A stretch of 64,000 nucleotides of DNA from Auanema rhodensis (GCA_964057225.1 OZ059897.1:9982001-10046000), one strand, 5' to 3'. Positions 51,101-63,729 are shown, counted from the first letter of the stretch. Program-made: numbers and translations. The notes: generated by a model from the sequence alone, not told the origin.

Positions 51101-54100
51101 TCTGATAAACCTATACGTCAAGGCATTAAGTACACAGGATTTCTTATTGTCAGAGTTGACAAAGAGAAAGAAGATATTGATGTGAATCCTTCTATGTTGA
51201 AGAAAAAAAGTAGCATTAGATACTTGAGGAATGTTTCTCAAAACAGGTATTAAAGTTTTATTTTTTCTCGTTTTCAATGTTCGTGTTCCAGAGATTCTCC
51301 TCATTATTCCTCTTCTGTCAGATCAATACGACAACTACATATGAGCGGCCCGGTTTACGGATACAGTGCATATTTCAAACCTGTTTTTCTACAAGATGAT
51401 GGTACCTGTGCTTTTACTTTTTTATTTCAAAATTTTACCTTTAGACGGAAGTTCGTTGGGAACAGTGTTTAAAGTTGTCGGACCTGTTCTGCTATTTGTT
51501 ATAATGGCATCCGTTGTGGGTTTGGTTTTCATGCAAAGGTTCGCATACTTCATAATTTTTAACTATTACATTTTTTGTTTATAGAAGAGGGATGCTAGGC
51601 AACTGGTGGCCTCTCAAAATAACAAAAGAAACTCCGGAAAGAACTTTGCTAAAGCCTACTTATCAGGTAAAATATTGCGTTAGCCTGTGATTCATAATTC
51701 ATTTTTCTCTATAGGCTGTTTTGATTGAAGATTTACCATCAGAATATCTTCTTAGACATCGTGATTCTGATTTTATGTTTAGTCAAGAATTTGAAGTAAT
51801 TTCTAAATTTCTTGTTATTTATAATTTATATTTTTATTTCAGTCATTACCATCGTATGCATATGAAGCACATTCTAGTAACCGAAAAGAAAATGCTCCCA
51901 AGAACAGGTTTTTTAAGGTTTCGTAACAAGTTTTAATCATTTGAATTTCAGATATAATGATATTAGAGCATTTGATTGTACCCGTGTCAAACTTAAGAAA
52001 ATAAATGGATTGGAATGTTCAGATTATATAAATGCTAACTATGTTAATGGCTGGGATCCTCGTAAGAAATTCATTGCTGCGCAAGCTCCATTAGAAAATA
52101 CTCTTGATGATTTTTGGCGGATGATTTGGGAACAAGTAGCCATTCCTCTCTCTTAACATATAATATTTTTTTGTTCAGGAAAGCAGAATTGTGGTAATGG
52201 TAGCTAACTTATTAGAAAAAAATAGGAACCAGTGTTGTAAATATTGGCCAGATGATGTTCCAATTAGGTAATTTATTTGAATTTAGAATTCAAAAATTCT
52301 TTTTTAATTAACAGATATGGCGATTATAAAGTAGTACCAGTAGCATCTAATTACAATGCTTGCTATACCGTTCGTAGTTTTGATCTAATTAATATGAAGA
52401 GTTCAAGAAATTCATTTTCAAAGAGGTACAGCTTTTTTATTTATGTTTTAAAATTGTCAAGACATTTAGATCGGAATTTGGATCTGCTGAATCGAACATA
52501 GGATCCGAATATGCTAATGTACCATCAGCTAGATTGAGTGGAAGAGTAGAAACACCTTTAAATGATTGTGAAGAAGGTATTTAACTATTTCGACATTTGA
52601 AATTAAATAATATATTATATTTAGTACGTAGAATAGTTCAATATCATTTTACTACTTGGAATGACTATAGAGCCCCTGAATGTTCAACTGGACTTTTAAG
52701 GTAATTGTGACTAGAAACATCTTCAATTTACGTCTTATTTTAAGATTTGTCCATCGTCTCCGAAGTCTGCCAGAATTTAATGAATATCCTGTTGTTATTC
52801 ATTGCAGGTATACTATTTCATCTTTATCAATATAATTATTATTTATATTTAGTGCTGGCGTTGGAAGAACTGGAACTTTTGTTGCTATTGACAGTATGTT
52901 AGATCAGATAGAAGCTGAAGGAAAAGCCAACATCTTTGGGTTTGTCTCGGATTTGCGAAAGCAGCGAAACCTGATGGTCCAATCATTGGTATTATACTCT
53001 CTTGTTAAAAATTTATATCTAACTTTGTGCTTTTCAGGAGCAATATGTTTTCATTTATAAAGCTCTAGCAGAATGGTATTTATATGGTAATACTGATGTC
53101 GAAGCTGAAGATCTAGAAGACTACTATAACAAGCTCTTAGATTCTTCTGATAGGTTTGTTCTGACACTCATGCCTGTATATTATTTCAATTTATTTTAGA
53201 TCTTTCCGAAATGTTATGTCATCTGGATTAGCTGCCCGTCCTGATTCTAATGCTCCTAAGAATGGGCTTGAAGCGCAATATAAGGTTGGTTCATTTTGTA
53301 TGGAAAATAAAAATAGTTGACAACTTTTAGAAATTGACTCAAAGCCTTGAGTCAACACCTAAAATTTCGTTTGCATTGAAAGAAGAAAATATAATGAAAA
53401 ATCGTTTTGAAGCTGCTGTTCCCTATGATAAGTAAGTTCACAGTCAAAATATTGCCTTGTACACTTTTTTTTTAGAAATCGAGTAGTTCTTGCTCCTCTT
53501 ATGGGATCTGTTGACGATTCTTCTTATATTAATGCCAGTGAATTGAAGGTATAATAACATTTGAAATTAATTTTATATGGTTTTTCTAGTTACAGGGTTA
53601 CTTCTATCCCTATATTTTGGCTCAAGATCCAGTTAGTGAAAACACCGTGTTCGATTTTTGGAGAATGATCAGCGAAAAGAATGTGACAACATTAGTCATG
53701 TTATCTCGTGAGGACGATCTAAGTCTTTCAGAAAAAGTATTTATATCTTATTATATATTTACTTAATTGATGTGATTTCAGTACTGGCCTGAAGACAGCG
53801 AAAAAGAGTTTGTAACATCTAGAAACCAGAATAGGTTTACCATCCAATTGCTTAGTGAAGAACGATTTTCATACTATCACACCAGAAAACTTCTGTATCA
53901 GTCGTCTGTATGTTATTTATCTTTTATTTTATTTTATAAATTCACCATTTAGTTCGGAGGCAAAGAATGGATTGCTGTAACTCAATATTGCTTACTTGAT
54001 TGGCCACCTGAGCAAAACGTTCCGTTTTCGTCTAGCTCGGTTCTTTCTCTGATTGGACGTGTTTTGGAAACTCAGAGTCAGCTTCCGGATTCCGGTCCTA

Positions 54101-54418
54101 TTGTAGTTCATTGCCGGTATGTGTAATTTACTCTTGATAGCAATGTAATTCAAATTATTCCAGAAATGGGTCTTCACAGGGAGGAATCTTCTGTTCTGTC
54201 TCCTTACTACTAGAACGTTTAAAAACAGAACAGAAAGTAGATGTTTTCCAAACTGTAAAGATGCTTCAATCTCAAAGAACTATGATGTTTATGAAATTGG
54301 TAAGTAAAGTCTCTTAACATCTTCAACTCAACAACCTTTTTTCCAGGATGAATATGATTTTTGTTATCGAGCAGTTATAGAATATATTCGGCATATGACG
54401 AAATTTCACCGGCTCTGA
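48158..54418 (+). CDS. clr-1: Receptor protein tyrosine phosphatase CLR-1 (Cys-rich, Ig, FN3, TM, two PTP domains), about 36 exons
   Basis: Signal peptide, Cys-rich N-terminal region, Ig ([16 protein letters not shown]), FN3 repeats ([26 protein letters not shown]) and TM ([20 protein letters not shown]). D1 has KNRYNDI, DYINAN, WNDY and [10 protein letters not shown]; D2 has degenerate [13 protein letters not shown] at 54416-54418. Confidence 0.9.
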
Positions 54419-55297
54419 ATTAATTGTTTCCACTCTCACTCATTTGATGATCTCTTGCGCCTTACTTCGAAAGACGTTCTGTTTTCAGTCTTTTTGATTA
54501 ACGGGTATCGTTATTCTCATTTTATTTTTGAACTCTTGTATGACATTTAGAGTTACTATTATAATGACTCCCCGAATAAGTTAAGGGAATAACCTTTTCC
54601 TCAATATTGCTAGTCAGATAATATCACTTTATTTATTGCAATTGATGTAATTTTCATTCACTCCTCCTCAATGTGCCTAATTTCTAACTTTTTTGAATTC
54701 AAATAATGCTTGTTCTTCTTTATACTTAACATTATTTTCTTATCTTTAGGTTTAACTGATTCACATTAAGCAATTCTACAATTTCTGATTTTCTCAATCA
54801 TTAATGGCCCTAAATTAAAGCCTCACACGAGTATTTGTGTATATATATTGAACAGTTTACTGGAAAAGTTCTATTTTGTTAATTTAATTCAACGTTTCTT
54901 TCAATAATAATTATTCATTCTACAAATCTTTAAGAGTATTTTAAATTTAGGTTGTAGACGATATACTCTCCCAGATATTCGTGTGGAATACATGGGGCTT
55001 CAAAAATAATTATGTGCCATATAGATGATATAGATTTACTTGTTATGTATGAGTAATAAAAATATAACTATTGATATAGTGATATTATATTTGAAAATTT
55101 CGTTCCCTCCCTACGTTTAGTCGACAATATTCGAATTTCATGATCTGTTTGTAAAGAAACAGATTTAGCAATACCATAGAAACTAAGCTAATTGTACATT
55201 TTGGAAATCAGAATAAGAAATGTTTAGATATCAATTATTTATCATAATATATTTGCACATTTGTTGAGATCATACAATATACTGATGAAAACAATTG

Positions 55298-57594
55298 TTA
55301 AGATAATCCCAATTTTTCGGACATCTGGGTATTTAAGGTTGTTGAACTATCACTTACAACATCGTTCATATACTCTATGCCATTAAGTCCCATTCGATTC
55401 ATTATATGTCCCATAGAGGGGAATCCTATTGAAGTTCCACTGTTTACATTAACTCCAATCAAAGGAACAGCCATTCCCTTCAAAATTTTAGTTTTTACGT
55501 CATAAAATTAGTTCAATAATACCTTATTGAATGATATTCCTCCATTATACCAATCTACTCCTACTCGATCTGCTAAGCCAATGAATGGTCCTACATGATA
55601 TCCGTTTGTTACTTGAATTGGCTTTCCTAGTTCTCCTTCTTTCAATGGAACGTGGACCTAAGATTCAAATGAGAGTTCTTTCTTCTATTGAGGACCACTT
55701 ACTTGAGTTCCTGCTCCTCCTTCAACTCCTAAACTTTGACCGATCGGCACACTCCAGCCAGTTTTATATCCATATGTTCCTTCGTACCAATTGGCACCAT
55801 ATTCACCGGTTTGAGACCAGAAATCTCGAACTCCAAGGTTGTTAGAGTATCCACCACCCCATGACCCGAAGTCAATTTTTCCGTGATGGCCATTGCCTAC
55901 ACCTCCTTCTTCATTCACAGGATAATAAGGAATTCCATTAACTCCCCAATCATAGTATGTTAATCCAACTCCAGAAGAGAAAGCATTTGCAACTGCTCCG
56001 AGTGGCTTAGCCTGAATATGGTATGAGGTGATGTTTAATCACGATGAATCGTTAAACCTGAGCTTGAAATTCACCACAGTCTTCGTTGTAACCTTGGCAT
56101 TTAGCTACAAGGGCTTCCGGAATTTTCGGACCATAACATACCGGAAATGGGGAAAATATATTTTGCTTTAATTTTTACTTTTCTAGTACCTGAGCAGCAA
56201 CTTTTGAGAATTTCAAGCATAAATCATAAATTTCTTTTTTAGAAAGCCCTAATTGTTTAATTGGAACTCTTCCAGTGAACTATAAATTATTTAAATTATG
56301 AGCTCTACTTAAGTATATGACATACTGTTTGTACTTTCTGTTTAATTGGTGTTTTTGATTCAGAATTAGTAAATGGTGAATCAGGTTCGCTCTCTTCTTT
56401 TGTTTCTTCTTCAATAAATCCTTCTTGATCTGAGCTTTGCTTCTTATTTTCATCTAGAAGATCACCATCCTCTACCTAAGTAGAATAAACAACTCAAAAC
56501 AAACAGTAAAAACAGAAAAATTACAGTTTTTGCTGCAAGCATTCGAGGTTGTGGTCGATTTTGGCCGCCGCCATTTTTACCATTAGCCATGTTAAGCAAT
56601 TCTTGAACCTAATTCATCAATATTGATTGAACATTTGAACAAGCGGGAACAAACCTCCTTGAAAGGTGTTGCTGGCTTAAAAGCGCTTTCACTTATTGGT
56701 TCATAATTTTGATTATTATTATTTTCTTTTATATAAAAGTAATCTCCAATTCTCTCATCTACATCTGTATTTTCACGATCTCCATCTTGATCAGATTTTA
56801 GTTTTGGTAATTCAAGGAATGGTAAAACTTAAAAACAATAAGAAATGATGTAATAATCTCAAAATAATTCCTACTTTTTTTTGAAAAATCTAATAATCCT
56901 GTTCCCTGTTCTCGAACATCAGAGACTTTTATTGTTCCTAAACCTGCTATTGAAGCCTGATAAGAACATTTTTCAAGTTCGCGACTTTAAGAAATTAATT
57001 GCATTACCTTAGCGCTTGATCCAGATTGTTCTCCAGTGGCTGTTTCTCTAGTCATATAACCCATATTAGGAGTATCAGACAGACTATATGTACCTCCATT
57101 GAAAGGCTCATTTTCTGATCCTTCTGAAAAAAAAAACATTGAAAATTGTATTCAAAAGTGATTTAACCTGGAATAAACTTGGCAACAATTTGCTCAGAAT
57201 CACCAGCTCCAAGCAATCCCAAACCGTTGATTGGTAGTTTGGTGTCATCTCCTATTTTGTGTCCAAAAGCAAGAGGACCTGAATAAAGATTCAGAAATGA
57301 TAAAGAAATTTCAGCCAGAGGCAAGAAATATAAAAATCAAAAAAATTCATAAACGTACCAATAGCTCTTAGAAAATTTGATGGACTTCTACGAACTTCCG
57401 AATAATATCCTAATGGCCTAGCAACAGGTGCATCTCTTTTAATTCTTAGAAAGCTTTGAAATAAGTTAGATTGATCATACATATACACTTCATTAGCTAT
57501 AAAATTAAAATATTAAATAAGAATATGATTAGATTTTACCAAATGCGTAGGTAACTAGAAGTAGGAGGCAAAAATTCCATATGGCTGTCCGCAT
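55298..57594 (-). CDS. Uncharacterised secreted protein: furin site, acidic linker, 4-Cys module, Gly/Trp-rich repeats
   Basis: MRTAIWNFCLLLLVTYAFA signal peptide, RIKR, LCLKFSKVAAQVCYGPKIPEALVAKCQGYNEDC, then YDWGVNG, ANWYEG and VDWYNG repeats; about 12 exons. One intron needs a CG acceptor (56142). Confidence 0.8.
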
Positions 57595-57861
57595 GATAAC
57601 GACAGCTAATGCTTAATGTTAGAAATTTCAAAGCTAATCTCGCATGTGATAAGAACTTCGTAAATTAAAACCGGATCGAGAACGAGATTTGACACTATCC
57701 TATTGTGATGAAGAAAACGCCGTGAATCGTTTATCATGTTACCTATCCGCCTGGTTTTATCTCAGCTTGAGAGCATGATAAAGACAATTTTAAAGATTAA
57801 AATAAATTCTTTATAAATTACAAAGATAACCGAAAAAAAAAGAAAAAAAAAAGAATGCTGA

Positions 57862-59502
57862 TCAAGAAAAAAATGATGGAAAAAAACTTTTGAGACCTCT
57901 GTGTGGAAACTGATCATGGCGTTCCCTTAAAAGTTTCTTGTATTCATTATTTTGAATTTCCTAAAAGAAAATATTAAATTTAATTTATTAACATCATTCT
58001 TCACTTTTAAAACTCTCCATCCATTTGATTGAGTTTTCAAAATATAATCAGAGTTATCTGTTCGCGTTGATAATCTATTAGTTCTAAAATAAATATTTAT
58101 AATTAAGTCAGAAGTTATATTAAGTTTAACCTTAAACCATAGATTAATGAACATGCTAGTCTAGCACTAATACAAGTGTATAAAAGATGCTCTTCCTTAT
58201 ATTCTTTTGATCTCTTCTCTTTATAACCGTTCAGAAAGTGTGAAGTAATATGCTCAAAACTGAAAAGAAACCTTCCATATCCATATAGTTTTTCAGAAAT
58301 TTAATAACTTTCCCCCACCTAATATTAGGATATGACAAATGCATGTAAAGAATACAAGCTCCTATATCACAGTTTCTTGCGGACACATGAACATCGCCAA
58401 AATCAAGAAGTCCAGATATCTAAAGATAAATAATTATATATATATATATATATATTATATGTTATAGTCTAATCTCAAACAAGTAATAATAATTGGAATT
58501 TTTATATTATCACGTAAAGTTCACGTTTGAGTAGTTCAGAAAGGTTTTGTTTAAAAGGCGTGAAACCCGGTTGTATACTATATAGAACTAACCTTCAACT
58601 CATAACTATGAGCGCTTGAAACCAAAATGTTAGTTTCATTGAAATCAGAATGAATAAGACCTTAATAATGGAATCAAATAGGTTGTTTAAAATAATTCTT
58701 ACCAATATCTAATTTATTCTTTTCAAAAAAAACTTTATTTTCATAATTTTTGATGGCATTTTGTGCCAAACTGCCTTTATCCTCAGGTAAATTTCCATTT
58801 TTCATTAGAATATCTATCTCACTATAAAAACATTTAAAGTTATCCGGAGATATGAAAGGTAAATGTGTTGTTTTCCAATCATTTTCATCACATATGTTAT
58901 GAAAGTCGGCCATTAATTTTCCAAGATCGGATAGGAAATCGTCATTTATTTCATGATCTTCAAGTACAGATCCTGGCAATGTTTCAAACATGCGAATAGG
59001 AAATTGCTCTGAAATTACAAGAGATGTTGGTTAAAATCGTTTTCCGTCTCAATAAGTAAACTTGAATTGATCGTAACTGATCCAGTCAGTGTTCCATGTA
59101 TCGTTGGAATTAATACAGGTGCCGGTATACCATTTGCATTCAGAACACGATACATTTCGTTTTGAAGATCTAAACATTACTTTCTGTGAATAAAATACCA
59201 ACTTTGTCTTGCAAGCCTAAATGTTCTTGATTTCGTGCTTCAATGGGATTTGATATTTTGATCACAACATCGTGAATATCACTCGCTTTGTGTTTGAACA
59301 CAACATTTTTGATTCGAAAATTAATATCTTCATATCCGGAAAGATGAACGAAATCGCCTTAAAATATTTATAAAAGTCATGTAAACAATTGGAACAAACC
59401 TTCATCAATATGATAAGTGTTCTTAGCTATTGCCAGTTTTTCCTCATCGCTCAAAAATGGAACTTGAGTTTCTTCATTTACGTCAATAAAAGGATCAGAC
59501 AT
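57862..59502 (-). CDS. HYKK: Hydroxylysine kinase / APH-family phosphotransferase (HYKK-like)
   Basis: LSGYEDINFRI, VIKISN, IRMFETLPG, LGKLMADFH, GLIHSDFNETNILV (Brenner-type motif), GLLDFGD, ARLACSLIYG and YILKTQSNGWRVL. The 3' end is approximate. Confidence 0.85.
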
Positions 59503-59843
59503 ATCTCAAAAAGAGAGAGATAGAGTTAATAAGAGAAAGAGAGAGAGAGAAATCCAAAAAAAGCTTTCTAATGGATAATCAATACATAATTTTTGAAACA
59601 TGAATAATAATTCTAAAATGATAAAACTGATAAAATTTATTATGTTTTTTATATCAATCAATTGATTATTTTCTCTTAATCAATAAACATTATTATATGA
59701 GCTCTTCCGCATTTGTTGCCACCTCACCCCTCCCCTCCCCCCCTTATATGTACTACTTACTACGAGTATTGTAATCTTCTTTAATAATTCTGAATGATTT
59801 ATTTCTTTGAGAAATTCGGAATAATCATTATTTTTCATTTTTT

Positions 59844-60875
59844 TCATGGAAAATCATCCATGTTATAGCTAAAAACTTCGCTTTCTTCTGCTTCATCGAA
59901 TAAAAATGCTTCACTTTTGCAACTTAAATCTGATGATAATCTGAAAAGTCAATGTTAAGTTGTATTGTGATCTTCTGAACTAGCCGAGATAGTTGTGATG
60001 ATGGCCTACTGTTTGGTGCTGATATTGGTGCAGATAGATGTTGACGTTGATTATTCGTCGTTGCAGGAATTGAATAGTTATGATGTGTCACAACAATTTC
60101 TGGCAAATATCCTTGAAACGATTTTGCTCGTGATGGAGGTTTGATAACCAACGGAAAACGTAAATTCGTGGGTACGCTTCCAGTGGAGTTGCGTTCTTTG
60201 ACTGAATGATTTTCTTAAAAACATTGCGTGCAAGTTAAATTACCTCCATGACAACTTGAACTCCGTCCCCTCAACTTCCGGATTCCTCGTAAACCTAAGT
60301 GAGTCAGCCAAGCTTGAGCCTTGCCCTTATCTTCTCTGAATTTGATCAAGTTAAAAATGATTTTTCTAATAGATTAAGTAAAGCTAACTTCAACTTTCTA
60401 CGTTGTCTCTCTCGCTCTTCATAGTCAACATGAATTTGCATTGAAGCCAACAACATTGCAACCAGAAAATAAAGTAAAAATTAAAAAAATATTTTTATGG
60501 AAGAAAACTATTTGTAGTTCAGTGTTCTTGTAATAGATACCTGATCATCAACATTTTCACTTTTACGTACAGAACGGAACAACAAGCAAACAATAACAGA
60601 AGCAAATACACCAAGTATAGCAATTATATAAATATCTGCTCCTCTTCTATGTTCCTTTAAATTTAAAATAAATAATATTTGCTGATATATATATCGAATA
60701 CCCTAGAGTTTTTATAATCATTCCATGCTTGATTATTAATTTGAGCTACAACATGAAGTAATTTCCGATAACATTCAGATGATAGCTCAGGCTGTACAAA
60801 ATTATGATTTTTGAAAGAAAAATGATTATTTGCAGATGATAATGAAGGAATTTCAGTGAGATTCATTCCTATCAT
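59844..60875 (-). CDS. Single-pass KCNE/MiRP-like K+ channel accessory subunit (nematode MPS family)
   Basis: N-terminal sequon (NLT), ECYRKLLHVV, one TM IYIIAILGVFASVIVCLLF followed by RSVRKSE as in KCNE proteins, charged coiled segment, Ser/Pro-rich tail. Needs a TG acceptor (60463) and probably a GC donor (59984). Confidence 0.65.
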
Positions 60876-61026
60876 TAGTTGACTGAAAATTAAGAATTAG
60901 AATTCAATAATGTGTTTGTATATCAAATAGAATTAGTTTTATTGAAAAAAGAAAAATGAATTTACATGTTATATCAATGGTTTCCTCAAAGAAAAACTCT
61001 GAGAGAAAGAGAGAGAGAGAGAGAGG

Positions 61027-61106
<80 letters not shown>

Positions 61107-61141
61107 TAAATAGATTGAAATAACTGAAGAATTTTTATATA

Positions 61142-61175
<34 letters not shown>

Positions 61176-62841
61176 AAACCTGAAATATTGGATTGTATGA
61201 AATCCGAACAAAACTGGGCTCAAAACCGAAAAAGGAAATTGTGGTGGAAAACGTTTAATTTGTTTAAAGTTTGTATTCATGTTGTTCAAATGCATGTATC
61301 TCTATGTATAGCAGTATCATCCGTGAGAAAAAATGTGAAAAAGAAGAAAAAATTATAAATTTCCGTATTAATTATAAAATAAAATTTAGTTAACTATACA
61401 TATATAATAATAATAATAATGATCCAAAGATATAAAATATACAATAATTAAAGTTTTTAAAATGATTTACCTATATTTAAAGAAAAAAATATTAAAATCT
61501 CAAAAAGGACTACGGATAAAATCTGGGAAAATTTATCATATTATTTATTTCTAATATATTTTTCCGTTGCTATGACAATATTTCTCCCATATAATATTAC
61601 TATATATAGATAAATGTATAGAGAGAGGATAGTTATCTTATACATAGATATGAATATACATTTTTGTTTTTCTTTATAATATATTTATTATAAAAATTAT
61701 TATATAAAACCCTCTCCTTGTATATACTATAGTTAGTCATGATTTTTGTCTGCTTGTCTCCTTTTTTTTTTCTGAAATCTAATAAACTTAGATGATTAGC
61801 CACACAAGCTTTTGATCAGAAAATATTAAATTAAAACTATTCTGCTACTACTATTACTACTGTACTATACTTGTATGTATGACAAATATTTTTTTTATAT
61901 GAAAAAACAAAAAAACGTCTAGTATGTCGCCACTATCCATCATTATCTGTTTTATAAAAAAATTAAATTTTATTTACTTATACTTTATCTATAGTATATA
62001 CTATAGTAAGTGTTGACGCTGTAGCATCTGTTTGCCCAAATACCATTTTCTGCATATTTCAGCTATTTTCAAGCTTTTGCCAAGCAAAAATATGTCTTAG
62101 CAAACGGAAAATTTCAAATCTTCAATTTCAGGCTCTTTTGACAGTTCTGGGACAACTGGGCAAAAGCCTACACCAGAATATTTCTCATAATTTCACAATT
62201 TTTTTGATATTTTAATCTTTTAGAGGTTTTCAAATAGTTACTCATAATCTCCGAAACGACCTGAAGCCTCTAACAGATCTTGACCTCTAAGAGTACGCAA
62301 AGAACTAATTTTAAAGAAGATCAAATACACATAACTACGGCAATGTCTTCTAGTTTTGAAAATGCTCGAAACTTATGAAAATTAGTTTTAATCTCATTAT
62401 TTTGATGAGTAATGACTTACCATTCAAACTAACAAATGAATCATAACGAGATTTTTCAAAGAAGATAATGCTCATTTGAGATTATCTAATCGTCTCTATC
62501 GAAGCGTGTTTAGAATATGGCAGAAGAATACTCTCACTTTCCATCTAAAGTTGGGATAAAAGACGAAACTGATATTAGAGGCAACTATTATAAATGTTTT
62601 TTCATATTTTCAGTCAAAATTTCGAATGTCACAGCTATTCTCTCTCTCAGAGTTTTTCTTTGAGGAAACCATTGATATAACATGTAAATTCATTTTTCTT
62701 TTTTCAATAAAACTAATTCTATTTCATATACAAACACATTATTGAATTCTAATTCTTAATTTTCAGTCAACTAATGATAGGAATGAATCTCACTGAAATT
62801 CCTTCATTATCATCTGCAAATAATCATTTTTCTTTCAAAAA
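60808..62841. repeat. 199-bp inverted duplication (60808-61006 and 62643-62841)
   Basis: The arms are reverse complements; I found one mismatch (atttgatata vs atttcatata). Spacer about 1.6 kb. Confidence 0.95.
61001..61104. repeat. (GA)n microsatellite
   Basis: gagaga run abutting the left arm of the inverted duplication. Confidence 0.95.
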
Positions 62842-63691
62842 ACCAACGTCAACACTATATACAACAGACAATTCGTTTTTTTATTTAACTATATAAACAT
62901 ATTATCTATCTATCTATCTATCTATATATATTAGTTTTGAAATCATTTTTTAAATTTCCTTTCTTGGATCATGTTACCCAGTTTATTCGTTATTCTCCTA
63001 TTTTCTTCAATTTCATTCACATTCTCTACCCCACAATTGGATAAAAACGTATTGTTCAATGCTTGTCATTTTGCCAAATCTTTTATTATCTTTAGAATCA
63101 GCTAATTGATAACCAACAGAAGAGTTTCACATCATTTATTAAAAATGTGATCAAAAAATTAAATGAAACTGACTACGAAGATGAGGAGACGTCATCGAAT
63201 TCCTTGTCTTCTACATGGCATTCACTCAGTTGCGGTTTCTGTCAGAATCTTATGACAACTAATATGGATCTTCTGAGTCAGGTCACAGTGAGTTCTTATC
63301 ATTCTTCCAGGTCACTGACAATTTTTTTTCTGAAAAATACCTGTTTAGTCAACAAATGAGAATACAATCACCAATTTTTGTGACAAAATTCTGAGTCATA
63401 TTGGGTTGGCGAAATGGGGTAAATTCATCTGTGATACACTATTGGAAGTAAGCTTAATAAGCATGAAATTGAACTTGATTTAACTTAATTTTCAGGCTAA
63501 ATTGAATATTTTCATAAATAAAGTGAAAAATCATCATTACAGAGATGAAAGCGTGAAGAAAATCTGTACAAGTATCAAGATGTGTACTTTCTGAGTATGT
63601 GGAAGTATATGAAAAGCCATTACTTGTTTTAATCATATTTTTGTTTTTAAATCTAATTACTATGTACTTTGAGTTGGTAAAGATTATATCA

Positions 63692-63693
<2 letters not shown>

Positions 63694-63729
<36 letters not shown>

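Noticed and set aside
62015-62175. MITE-like inverted ends (tttgccca / tgggcaaa)
   Set aside because: Match too short to call without copy-number data.
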